Shown here: one piece after another, positions 32,801 to 42,747 of the stretch
Numbering within the stretch: position 1 is the first letter of the stretch
How the letters are laid out: each line of letters starts with the position of its first letter
Source of the DNA: Rebecca billardiae RCC1528
Taxonomy: Eukaryota; Protista; Haptophyta
Assembly: GCA_965240325.2 (NCBI GenBank)
Contig: OZ251226.1
Location: 1,240,001 to 1,304,000, forward strand
Direction: 5' to 3'
DNA: 64,000 nt
Position numbers and translations under genes: made by a program
The notes under the pieces: model-generated
Told to the model about the DNA's origin: nothing
Seen by the model: only the letters and a program-made list of their open reading frames with translations
The model's database searches: none

Positions 32801-34637
32801 GCAGCACGTACTCGCGCAACGGGCCAACCAGCACGCCCATGTCCATGTCCAAACGCTGCGGTGCCGCAGCGGCGGCACCAAACGCGGCCTGCAGCGCGCG
32901 CCCAACCGCGGCGTTATGCGCGAGCATGTCGTCGAGGCTGGGCGCGGGCGCCGCCGCAGGCGTCGGCGCCAGCGCGTCGCCCAGCGGCGGCTCGCCTGCA
33001 GGCGGCAGCGCGCGCGGCACCACCACGGCGGAGGCAGGGCGCATCGCGCCCGACGCCGCGCTCGTCACCTCGTCGCGCCACGGCGCAGCGGCGCCCACGA
33101 CAGCGTGCGCACCGCACAGCGTCAGCACCAGCGTCACTGGCGGCTGCGAGACGGCCGCGCCGGCCACGAGGGCCTGCGCGAAGGTGGCGTCGAGCAAGGG
33201 GTGCAGACGCGCGCCCTCGCCGACGTGCACCAGCGCGGGCGCGAGCGGGATGACCACTGCCCACACGGTGCGCTCGGCGATGGTGGAGGCGGCCCGCAGC
33301 AACGGCCGCGCCAGCCACCCTTCGCGCAGCGAGCCGTCCTCGCACGCGGCCACAAAGGCCGCAAGACCGGCGTGGCCGTCGGCGACCACGGCAGCACGCA
33401 GCCTGACGGCGGCTGCGCGCACGGCGGCGTCACGTCCAGCGGCGGCGCCGGACGTGGCAGCGCGCGGCGCTCCATCTGCCGCCACCCCTTCGCCGGCCCC
33501 CACGACGGCCTGCGAGACGGCGCCGAGCCACGCCAAGCGGGCGCTCTCGAGTTCCGCACGCAGCTGCTGGTCGCGCCAGCGTGCCTGCTCAGCCGACGCG
33601 GGAACGAACGCGCGCGGCTGCGCCGGCACGGGCGCGCAGAGCGCGCGTACGGCAGCGTACGCCTGCGTGCGCAGCTCCGCCGCTCGCGCACGCAGCGCGT
33701 CCGCGCAGAGGCTGCTGCGGCCTGCTGGCCACGACGCCACGCGCTCGAAGGCGACGAACAGAGGCTCGGACTGGCCAGCGTCCGCGCCGAAGACGGCGCG
33801 CGCGTAGTACATCACCGCCTCGGACGGGCATGACAGCGGCGGGCACGGGGGGGGCGCGCCCGTCCAAGCGCCCGACGGCGCCGCCGCCGCCGCCGTCGTC
33901 GCCGGGAGCACGTCGTCGACGCCTCCGCCAGTCCCAGCACCTGGGCGGGCATCCGGACGGGGGGCGCACAACGCCGCCAGAGCCAGCTTCGTCCGGAACG
34001 GAGCGGCGGCCCAGGCCGCACGCACTGCCCACGCGCATGCGCCCTGCGCGTGCTCAGCGGCGCGTGCGTGCTGCCCTGGGGTCGGCGCCGAGGACGACGG
34101 CGACAGCGACTCCGCGCCACCCGAGCGGCGCGCGTGGGACGTGCCTGCGGGCGGCGGCGCCGGTTTCCCTCCGAGCGCCGCTGCGGACGCCGTCAGTCGC
34201 GCCGTCTCCGCGAAACTGCCCTCCTCCGCCAGAGCCCCGTCGGCGGAAGCACCACAGGCAGCGCGCACGGCGATCTGCGCGACGGCCCTGAACCAAAGGG
34301 CCGCCGCGCACACGCGCGCCACCGAGTCCGCGCGCTCACGCAGCGCGTCCGGGTGCGAAGCCAACAACTCCGCACACTCCACCACAGTGAGCAGCGCGTC
34401 GGCGCCGCTGCCACCCCATACGCGCGGCACTGTGACCTGCGCGGCGGCGGCGCCAAGGCCCACGTCGGTGCTGTGGACCACGCCGAGGGTGCACAGCACC
34501 AGACCAAAGGTGAACGTCCACGGGGCTGCTGCCGAGGAGAACTGCAGCGTGCACAACGCGTCGTCAGCCGCTGCGATCACCGCGTCCACGAGCAGCAGGT
34601 CGTCCTGACTGCTGGGGCCGGCGGACACATGCCGCAT
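23746..34637 (-). CDS. giant MULE transposase fusion (~3,593 aa): 2OG-Fe(II) oxygenase, Zn-binding DBD, DDE, SWIM, PHD, pseudo-OTU, OTU; join(complement(29483..34637),complement(23746..29372))
   Basis: Intron 29373-29482 joins AFSDACFL...AG|MLFVTLAVNANRQLF...VECLDSW. Also ISDGQKG, CTFH, TSAPAESF; SWIM-like FRCC...LPCMH; PHD-like CCAC...CQGCACFIH..QC...CTCC; VPGDGDCYFHA...CHFGAV; GWHVD...WHHRS; CPTPGCP...HGSMC. Confidence 0.85.
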
Positions 34638-34968
34638 GCCCGCCTGCGCGGTACGTGCCAGCACGTGCGGCGGAGAGGCAAACGCAGGCGCGCGCGAGCA
34701 CACACACGGGGCACATCGTCAGACAGGGGACGGGGGCGCATGGGAGTGGTGCGGTGTGCGCGCGCGCGGCGGCGCACGCCACCAACATCGCTGCCGACCA
34801 CACACACCCGCCCCGGCCCACCGCGACCTCGCACCATTCACGAATCACGAGTGCGACTTGCCTGCTCGTCGCGGCCGGCGACCGTCGACGCCTCAGACCG
34901 ACTCGGATGCGAGAAGGGGGAACTCCTGCGAGGGGAGGCCGCAGGGAACAAGAACGGTCGGTGCGTGT

Positions 34969-35463
34969 GCGCGATGCGCCGCGCGCGACCGCGCGGCGCG
35001 CGCACGACGCCCGCGCGCGTGGAAGGCGTACCCCCTTAACGTCGTGCTCACGCCCAGCCCTCCCTCGTGGCGAGCTCGGGAGCAAGTTTTGCGGCGCGCC
35101 CCCCGGCGTCGCATTTCTCTAACTAATTGACGAGCAACGTTCCGGCGGCGGTCCGGGCGGGAGGAGTCGACGGCGTCGTTTCGTCGCGGGTGGGCGTCAG
35201 GCTGCGCGCAATACGAAAGTACCCACCCCCGCTCATTAGGGTACTCCGCCCGGACCGCAATACAAGGCGGGCGTTCGCGCCGGTTCGCCGCGAGCGGTAT
35301 CTTCCGCGTTGCGGGCGAGCGGCGCCATTTGCTCGCTCCCGAAGCTTCTGGCCGTCGGAAAACTGGCGGGGGTGCCAGTCCGGAAATCGCCGTGCTGAGA
35401 TGCGGAGGTTTGTCGGAGTTCTGGTTGCTCGGTCGGTCCTCGTCGGACTTCCGGAGGATTCCC
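34969..35463 (-). repeat. right terminal inverted repeat (~495 bp)
   Basis: Inverted copy of 17700-18188. Confidence 0.95.
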
Positions 35464-35641
35464 ATTTTGTACTGACGATGGAATTAGGATCGAGGCAACG
35501 CCAAATAAAACAATAATAAGGGTCATCATCAAAAATGAAAAGGCCAAGAGCCGTCCGACCTGCCCGGCTCCGCCGCCGCCGCCCGGGCCGGAGCAGAGGG
35601 CCGTGCGCCCGCCCGTGCCGTGCCGGTGGGTGGACGACGCA

Positions 35642-38218
35642 ATGGACAGCGCCGCCCCGAAATCCTTCCTCTGCCCGATCGGCATGGAGATCATGCGCGA
35701 TCCCGTCGTTTGCGCCGACGGCTATAGCTACGAGCGCGTCCAGATCGAGCGGCGGCTCGCCACGCAGAACACAAGTCCGTACACTGGGGCTGAACTTTCC
35801 AGTACGATGCTCACTCCGAACCATGCGCTGCGCAACTCGATTGAGGAGTGGCTCACGGCGAACTTCAAGCTCGTGCCGCGCTCTGCGGTTGCCTTCGAAG
35901 AGGCTGCTTTGTCGCGCGTCTTCTTCAAGTCAGTCCACCGCGGCACCCTGCGGGGGCGCGCTGAGCCGATCGCGGTGCTGCGCATGCGCGCTGGCGGCTT
36001 CTGTGAGGAGGCGGCGGCAAAGCTCGTGCGACTCCGATACCATCCGAGCCTTGTGCGCTACCTCGGCCTGTGCACCGAAGGCCCCGAGCATCTGCTCCTC
36101 ACCGAGCTTGCGCCGCTCGGCTCTCTCAGCGCCTTCCTCGAGGCGCACGAGGCAGAGGTGACACTCGCGCACAAGCTGACGATGCTCGAGCAGATCTGCG
36201 CGGGCATGATCGCGCTCAGCTGCGCGGGGATAGTGCACTGCGACCTGGCGGCCCGCAACGTGCTCGTCTTTGCCTTCGATGCCGCCCACCCAGGGGCCAC
36301 CGTGGTGAAGATCGGCGACTTTGGCCTCGCTGTGGACCGCATGTACCAGACGCACGCGAAAGTGGCGGGGGAAGAGGTGCCTTTCCGGTGGATGCCACCC
36401 GAGGCGCTCCGCCGCCGCCGCTTCTCCGAGAAGTCGGATGTGTGGGCGTTTGGCGTGACGGCGTGGGAGCTGCTCACAGGCGGCGACGTGCCCTACGCGT
36501 TCATCGGCTCCAACGAGGCCGTCGCAGAGCGCGTCTGCAGTGGCGAGCGGCTCGCCCGCCCTGACAAGGTCCCGGACTCGCTGTGGGCGCTGCTCAAACG
36601 CTCGTGGGCGGCGATGCCGGCCGACCGGCCCATGTTTACGCAAGTTGCAGTCGCGCTGGCGGACATGCAGTGGCTGGCGACGCTTCCGCCCTGCAGCTCC
36701 AGCCACGAGTACTACATCCGCGTGAAGGATCTGTTAGGAAAAAGCTGGCCCGTGCAGGTCGCGTCCGAATGGCTCGTCGAAGACCTGAAGGCTGCGTTGC
36801 AAGAGAAGATGGGCGTCCCAGCTGACGAACAGAGACTGATCTTCGCGGGCAGGCAACTCCAAGACTTTCGCACGCTCGGCGAGTACGAGATCGCGAACGG
36901 CGCGGAGCTCCACCTATACCTGAGGCTGCGAGGCGGCTGCATCGCCTCGCCGCTTCCCGCGCTCTTTGGCGCACACACCGGTTCGCCCGGCCTCGAGTTC
37001 CTGACTGGCGCGCCCGGCTCGGCGGACGAAGCGCGCGCGCTGATCGCAGCCCTCGGCGGCTCCCTCGACGAGACTCCGCGCGTCCACCCCGCGGAGCTGC
37101 TGGACGCCGACGCGTGCGCGGCGCTCGTGCGGACTCTCGACGAGCACGCGGCCTCGGCCGCCCCGTCCGAGGCGGCAGACGTGCGTCTCTCGCTCACCGA
37201 CGCGGCGCTGGAGCGCCTCATTGGCGGCGCGGCGCTGGCGCGGCTCCGCGAGGTGTTTGGCGGGCCGTGGGACGCCGTCAAGCTCCGGCGCGCTGCCGCG
37301 GAGGGCCAGTGCGTCGCCTTTCACTGCGACTACTCCAAGCGCACGATGCAGGTGGCACTCAACGCAGAGGACGATTTCGGCGGTGGGAAGCTCACCTTTG
37401 CGACGGCCGACGGCTTTGTGCAGCCCGCGCGGCCGCGGGGCTCGGCCACGGCGCACGCCAACTCGCTGGTGCACGGTGTGAGCACGCTGACGCGCGGCGT
37501 GCGCTACGGTCTCTTCCTCTGCGACACCAAGGGGCCCGGCGTGGAGCTGGGCTACCTCAACGTCGCGGCGCGCGCGCAGCTGGGCTTCTTCGAGAGAGCG
37601 CTGGCGCTGCTCGACGCCGCCACCGACGCCGACCTGCTTCGGGCGGTGCGCGAGTATGCCGCTGTGCTCGCCGAGGGCGGCGCAGGTGGCGCGCCCACCA
37701 GCCTGGCTGTGGAGCTCGCATGGCGCACCCACCTGCTCAGCCCACTCCGGTACGCGGACGCGTGCGCAGTGCACCACGGTCGGCCTGTGGAGCACCAGCC
37801 GGCGCACGCGTACGCTGAGGACGCGCCGGTCGCTGCCGCCGGCTCTCCTGCCGCCGTGGCATTCAACGGATCGCTCGAGTGGCTCGGGCTCGACCTGGTC
37901 GCGGCGATGCGGCGGCAGCAGCGCTTCATGCGCGACGCTCTCGCGTGCCGCACAGCCTACGACTCGGAGGAGGCGATGGCCGCCGCCGTGGACGAGTACC
38001 GCGCCTTCCTCGACCACTTCCACCACTCTGCGCGCGAGCTCGTGCCCACGACGGTCGTCGACCTCGTGTGGCACACGCACATGCTCGACCCCCTCCGGTA
38101 CAGCCGCGAGACGCGCGCGCTCGCCGGCCGCTTCGTCAACCACGAGGATGATGTCGCGCCAGAGCGCCTGGCCAATACGGCGCGGCTCTGTTGGCCCCTC
38201 GAGCGCGCTGGGTCTTGA
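35642..38218 (+). CDS. multidomain protein: U-box, Tyr-kinase-like domain, ubiquitin-like (LRLRGG), 2OG-Fe(II) oxygenase, GRDP/DUF1399-like repeats
   Basis: [38 protein letters not shown]; [32 protein letters not shown]; [18 protein letters not shown]....[10 protein letters not shown]; FHCD...GGKL...HGVS...RY; [11 protein letters not shown] and [18 protein letters not shown]...HED. Confidence 0.85.
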   Translation: MDSAAPKSFLCPIGMEIMRDPVVCADGYSYERVQIERRLATQNTSPYTGAELSSTMLTPNHALRNSIEEWLTANFKLVPRSAVAFEEAALSRVFFKSVHRGTLRGRAEPIAVLRMRAGGFCEEAAAKLVRLRYHPSLVRYLGLCTEGPEHLLLTELAPLGSLSAFLEAHEAEVTLAHKLTMLEQICAGMIALSCAGIVHCDLAARNVLVFAFDAAHPGATVVKIGDFGLAVDRMYQTHAKVAGEEVPFRWMPPEALRRRRFSEKSDVWAFGVTAWELLTGGDVPYAFIGSNEAVAERVCSGERLARPDKVPDSLWALLKRSWAAMPADRPMFTQVAVALADMQWLATLPPCSSSHEYYIRVKDLLGKSWPVQVASEWLVEDLKAALQEKMGVPADEQRLIFAGRQLQDFRTLGEYEIANGAELHLYLRLRGGCIASPLPALFGAHTGSPGLEFLTGAPGSADEARALIAALGGSLDETPRVHPAELLDADACAALVRTLDEHAASAAPSEAADVRLSLTDAALERLIGGAALARLREVFGGPWDAVKLRRAAAEGQCVAFHCDYSKRTMQVALNAEDDFGGGKLTFATADGFVQPARPRGSATAHANSLVHGVSTLTRGVRYGLFLCDTKGPGVELGYLNVAARAQLGFFERALALLDAATDADLLRAVREYAAVLAEGGAGGAPTSLAVELAWRTHLLSPLRYADACAVHHGRPVEHQPAHAYAEDAPVAAAGSPAAVAFNGSLEWLGLDLVAAMRRQQRFMRDALACRTAYDSEEAMAAAVDEYRAFLDHFHHSARELVPTTVVDLVWHTHMLDPLRYSRETRALAGRFVNHEDDVAPERLANTARLCWPLERAGS

Positions 38219-38599
38219 TGTCCCGGGCCGGCTACGCGATAGCGCAGTTCCGGTAGGAGCCGCGCTGCGATGCCTGCGATTGGCCCGCCCGCCGAGGGCC
38301 ACGCGACGGTACAGTTTACTATGTTTTAACGTGCACACTTGGTTAAGGCGTGATTGACGCCATCCAACACTGCACAAAGACACTACCGCCACAAAACAGA
38401 CCGGCGCAGGACGCGCGCGCGCGGCGCCTAGGTACCCGCCTCATCGATCGATCGCGCGCCGGTGGCACGAGGTCTGTCGAGGATGCAGATGCTGATGACG
38501 CGACGATATCTCATATATTATTATTATTAGCTCGGATCGATCAATGATCATCATCAGCAGTGATTCGTATTGCTATTGTATAGAATACATACACATATC

Positions 38600-38641
38600 T
38601 ATATATATATATATAGATATGTGTGTGTGTGTGTGTGTGTT
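38600..38641. repeat. compound (TA)n/(TG)n microsatellite
   Basis: Read directly. Confidence 0.9.
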
Positions 38642-38672
38642 TAGTGATGGCGACCTGATGAGTGATGGCGGC

Positions 38673-41099
38673 TCACTGAGACTCCGCAGCGCTGGGGCTG
38701 GGCCCGCTCGCGGTGAGCCGTCGCCAGGCGCCAACCACGCGCTCGCCCCACTGCCGCAGCAGCTGCCGATCCCGACGCGCGCGCTTGTCGATCGCGACCG
38801 TCACCTCGGCGACCCAGACCTGCGCGGCCTCGTGCGCGGCGTTCACGTGCGCACGCACCTCGGCGTCCATGCCGCTCAGCGCCTCGCTCGCGTTGCGCAG
38901 GCCGGCGTCCAGCTGCGCGCGCACCGCGTCGAGCGCCGCGGCCGCATCGCGCTCGCCCAGCTCGAGCCGCTCGCGGAGCTTGGCCGCGGCCTCGGCCCAC
39001 GAGCGCTCGAGCGCGTCCGCCGTCGGCGCCCAGAGCGTGCCGTTCAGGAAGCGGTCGGCGCGGCGCTCGCCCCGCCGCGACGTCTCGTCCGCCGGCCGCT
39101 TGCCATACCGCCAGTCGCGCTTCGAGAAGGCACGCGTGCCCGGCGCGTCGCGCGAGCCCTTGCCGTCGTCCGCGCGACAGAACGGGCGGCGGCGGCGGCG
39201 GCGTGACTTGGCGTGCGCGGCAGCCTGCACATCGGCCCACGCCGCCCGCCGGTGGCCGGCCGTCACCGCCGCGCCACCCGGCGAGCTCGCGATCTCGGTG
39301 AAGAGACGGTACGACGGCCGAGGCGTGCGCTCGAGCTCGGCAGACGAGCGGTTCACCTCGACCAGCCCAAAGCGGGGGCAGTATCCGTCCGCCCACTCCC
39401 TGCGGCGGGCGGGTGGGCGGGCGGGCGGCGGGCGGGCGGGCGTGCGCGCGCAGCGGGTGAGCCGTCACGCACTGCGCCGCGTGGCGCGCGCCAGCAGCCA
39501 AGCCAACGAGGGCTGAGCTGAGGGCGGAAGGGGCGCTCTAAGACCTGTCGCGCGCGGCTGGCGCCAGCCCGAGGGCCTCCCGGCAGTCTCCCCCGCCCTC
39601 GCCGCGCCTCGCCGCGCGCACCAGTTGTCCGAGATCGTCCAGAACACGTAGCCCCGGACCTCGACCCCGGACTCGATCGCCGCGCGCACAGCAAGGAGGT
39701 GCTCGACGAGGTACGCGCGGCGCAGCACGTCTGAGCCGTCGGCGATCCCGTTTTCCGTTACGTACAGCGGCATGGCGGTGCCGTCGGCGCGCGCGTACCG
39801 CTTGTGGAACGCGCGCAGCACGCGGTACAGCCCGTCCGGAAACACCGAGCGGCCCGCCTCCGAGTACTCCTCCGACGGGAGCAGCGCCACGCCCAGGCCG
39901 CTCAGCAGCTCGCGCCCGTAGTAGTTGATGCCGATGTAGTCGCAGTGCTCGTGGATCAAGTCCTGCGGCGCGCGGCGCGCGGAGCGGGCGCTCGGCGCGA
40001 TGAGACGCAGGGCGTGCGCAGCGCACCTCGCGCGCGGCCGGCGCGGCGGAGCACGGCAGCCCCGTGCAGCTCTCCGGGGCGGCGCGCGGGGAAGAGGATC
40101 GTGCGCACGCAATCGAATTCTTCTACTACGGGCGCACCGCACCTGGAACCAGAAGGTGGTCATGGCCTCCGAGATGCGCTGGGCGGGCTTGTCGGCGAGA
40201 GAAACGGCGTCGTACACGGGCACGTGGTGCGCGACGCCGACGGGCAGCGCGCCCAGCCCCGCCGCGCGCGCGGCCGCGTGCGCCGCGACGTGCGCGTCCG
40301 CCATCGCGCCCATCGCGACGCCGTACCCTCCCCACGGGCTGAAGCAGTTGAGCGATTTGAACGCGGACGGCTGCGCGCCGCCCGGCGGCCACATGCCGGC
40401 GCAGTACGTGAGCAGCGCGAAGACGTGGGGCTCGTTGAACGGTATCACCGAGTGCATCACGCCCGCCAGCTCCTCGTCCGCGCCGATGCGCGAGAGGACG
40501 GATGCGGCGAAGTGGCGGAAGTGCTCGACCGCGACCGTGGCGTTCGTCCAGCCGCCCTGATCGCCCAGCCACGGCGGCAGGCTGTGGTGGAAGAGGGTGA
40601 GCATCACGCGCATGCCCGCGCGGCCCACGCGCTTGAGGATCGTCGCGTACCGCGCCCACGCCGCCTCGTCCACCTCCTTGCGCGACGACATCGCCTCCGA
40701 GGGCACCAGCCGACCCCAGTCGATGCCCATGCGGAACACGCGCGCGCCGGTCGCGCTCGCGAGGTCGATCTCGACCTCCGGCTGGGTCCAGAAGCGGGTG
40801 CGCTCGGCGGGCTGTCCCACGTTCTTCCACGCGGCGACGTGCCCCTGCTCCGCGAACGCCAGCCACGCGTCCTCCAGCTGGTCCTCGACGTGCGCCGGCG
40901 CGGTTGCGAGCCCAATCTCAAAGTCTCGGCCAAACGGCGCGATGACGTCGGTGTCCGCCAGGCTGTCGTCGTCGAAGGTCGGCGGCACGTGGAGGTCCTC
41001 ATTCCAGCGCCCGAGGTAGTCGGCGCCGCCGTAGTCCGTCGTCGCAGACACGGCCGCGACGAACGCCAGCGCGAGGCAAGAGCGCGTCCAGGCTGCCAT
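38673..41099 (-). CDS. SFR2: SFR2-like GH1 protein (galactolipid:galactolipid galactosyltransferase family); exons 41099-40143, 39962-39622, 39399-38673
   Basis: GLATAPAHVED..DAW; VAAW..ERTRFW; FRMGIDWGR; FNEPHVF.LLTYCAG.WP; INYYG..EEYSEAGRSVFPDGLY; TENG; FWTISDNW|EWADGY..FGLV; RDWRYG. These are motifs characteristic of plant SFR2. Confidence 0.85.
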
Positions 41100-41371
41100 T
41101 CCGATTGGCGCGATGCCGACGTCGGTCGTCAGCAGTGAATCGCGATCGGGCAAGTTGGATCGGGCGCGGTCGGGCGTGGAGCCGCGGCGGCGGCGGCGGC
41201 GGCAACCGCAGCCGGGAGAGGAGGACGGGCGCGAGTTCGCAGCGGCCAGCGACTAGCGAGCGACCTCGAACTGCTGCCTGCTGGGACTGTAATACTGCTG
41301 CTGTATGTCCAGGAGGTGATGACGCGACGCTGAGTCACGTACGCCTTCGCCAAGTGTGCGCACGTTAAAAC

Positions 41372-41394
41372 ATATATATATATATATATATATA
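41372..41394. repeat. (AT)n microsatellite
   Basis: Read directly. Confidence 0.9.
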
Positions 41395-41660
41395 GTACGA
41401 CTAATAACTGCTGTATAGCTATTGCGCTACTAGCAGTACTCAGTATATTGTTTGTCTATCAGTCTGCAAGCTAGCTAAGCAGTCACCACGGTCTTGTTCA
41501 ATGCGCGAAGAATTTAGAATACCGCACGGCGCACGATGTCGATCACTCGATGATGCTGTCGCCACAATCATCAACAGTCTGCTCCCTGTCTATGACTGAC
41601 CAGGTGGTACAGTAGCTAGTAGACATGGTAGCTAGCAGTTGTAGAGCTCGGCCTGACTCG

Positions 41661-41677
41661 TCACTGCACGCGCTGGC
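41661..41677 (-). CDS. 3' end (…QRVQ*) of an additional ARM-BTB paralog running into the gap
   Basis: TCACTGCACGCGCTGGC is identical to the 3' ends at 42748, 45097, 48184 and 50457; 41470-41660 resembles the inter-gene spacers. Confidence 0.7.
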
Positions 41678-41777
41678 NNNNNNNNNNNNNNNNNNNNNNN
41701 NNNNNNNNNNNNNNNNNNNNNNNNNNNNNNNNNNNNNNNNNNNNNNNNNNNNNNNNNNNNNNNNNNNNNNNNNNNNN
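41678..41777. other. assembly gap (100 N)
   Basis: Run of N. Confidence 1.
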
Positions 41778-42747
41778 GCGGGGTGCGGCCAAGCTCGGCC
41801 TGACGGCGGTGTGGTTGCCAGCGGTCGGGCGTCGTGTGAGTTTCACCGCAGGCCGCCCACCCTGCGCATTGACGACCATGCAAACGTCGCCGTACGCGCC
41901 CGATCCCGCACGAGTTGCCTTGCACAGTAAGCCGTATGGCCCATCGTGGACGCCCTTCGCAAGCTGTCGCCACTTCGCCGCGGTCTCCTAGTTTTCCGCT
42001 CCCGCAAGCCTTCAACTTTGCTTGAGACCCCTTCGACCGCTGAGAAACCCGCACAAATCCAGCGAACAGTGGCCGAGATGCTAACAAGATTGCAGCTAGG
42101 CCGAATCGGCATCATCGTGCCTTTCGGGATGACGATTGGCTCTTTCAACTTTGATTCCAAAGATTCATAAAGATGCTATTGAGATAATATGTCTCACTTT
42201 GTCCCGGGAGAAGTTGAGATGATCCATCGACCGACCAATGGGAAGGCAGAACCGCGGGCATCGCGAAAAAAAGCGTGAATTGTTCGCGGGTTGCGGCCCA
42301 GGCCCGACAAAAAACGCAGCGATTTGCCTGGCGGGGTGGGCAGTGCCGTTTGGGCGGGGGGCTGTCTTGCTGAGCTTGACTAGAAGGAGGCGGCCTGCGC
42401 CTGGGGGCTGCCAGTGGCCTGGCAGAGCCAGCAGGCGGCTGTGTGGCCTGCTGTCCAGTGTCTGGCTGTGTAAGGCTGCTTTGAGCTCCGTTACCAGTGT
42501 GACTGCCAGCAGCGGGGTCTGCCGCCATCTCAGGCCCCCCATGTCATACCATGTTTTCTATCGTCTACTAAGTGACTATGAATACGAACGCGGACGACGA
42601 TGTCGAGGCGGTACGACGACGCTGCCAGTAGTTGCTCAGTCAGCAAGCTGAGCAGTCACCACTGTCTTTGATGATGCACGAATAGTGAATACCGGTTACC
42701 GCACAAGGAGTGAGTCAACGAGAAACTGGTAGGAGTCACTCGGTGAC

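Larger units (their letters stand above)
17700..35463. mobile_element. giant (17,764 bp) Mutator-like DNA transposon (MULE), apparently intact and autonomous
   Basis: Perfect 9-bp TSD ATTTTGTAC at 17691-17699 and 35464-35472; GGG...CCC termini; ~490-bp TIRs; internal MULE DDE transposase. Confidence 0.95.

Noticed and set aside
32100-37525. Idea that the transposon captured its 2OG oxygenase from the adjacent U-box gene
   Set aside because: The two domains share only generic HxD...H motifs and have different C-terminal signatures (HRS...K versus HGV...R).
41645-41804. 13-bp match AGCTCGGCCTGAC on both sides of the gap
   Set aside because: Could be chance or a scaffolding effect; cannot be interpreted without the gap sequence.
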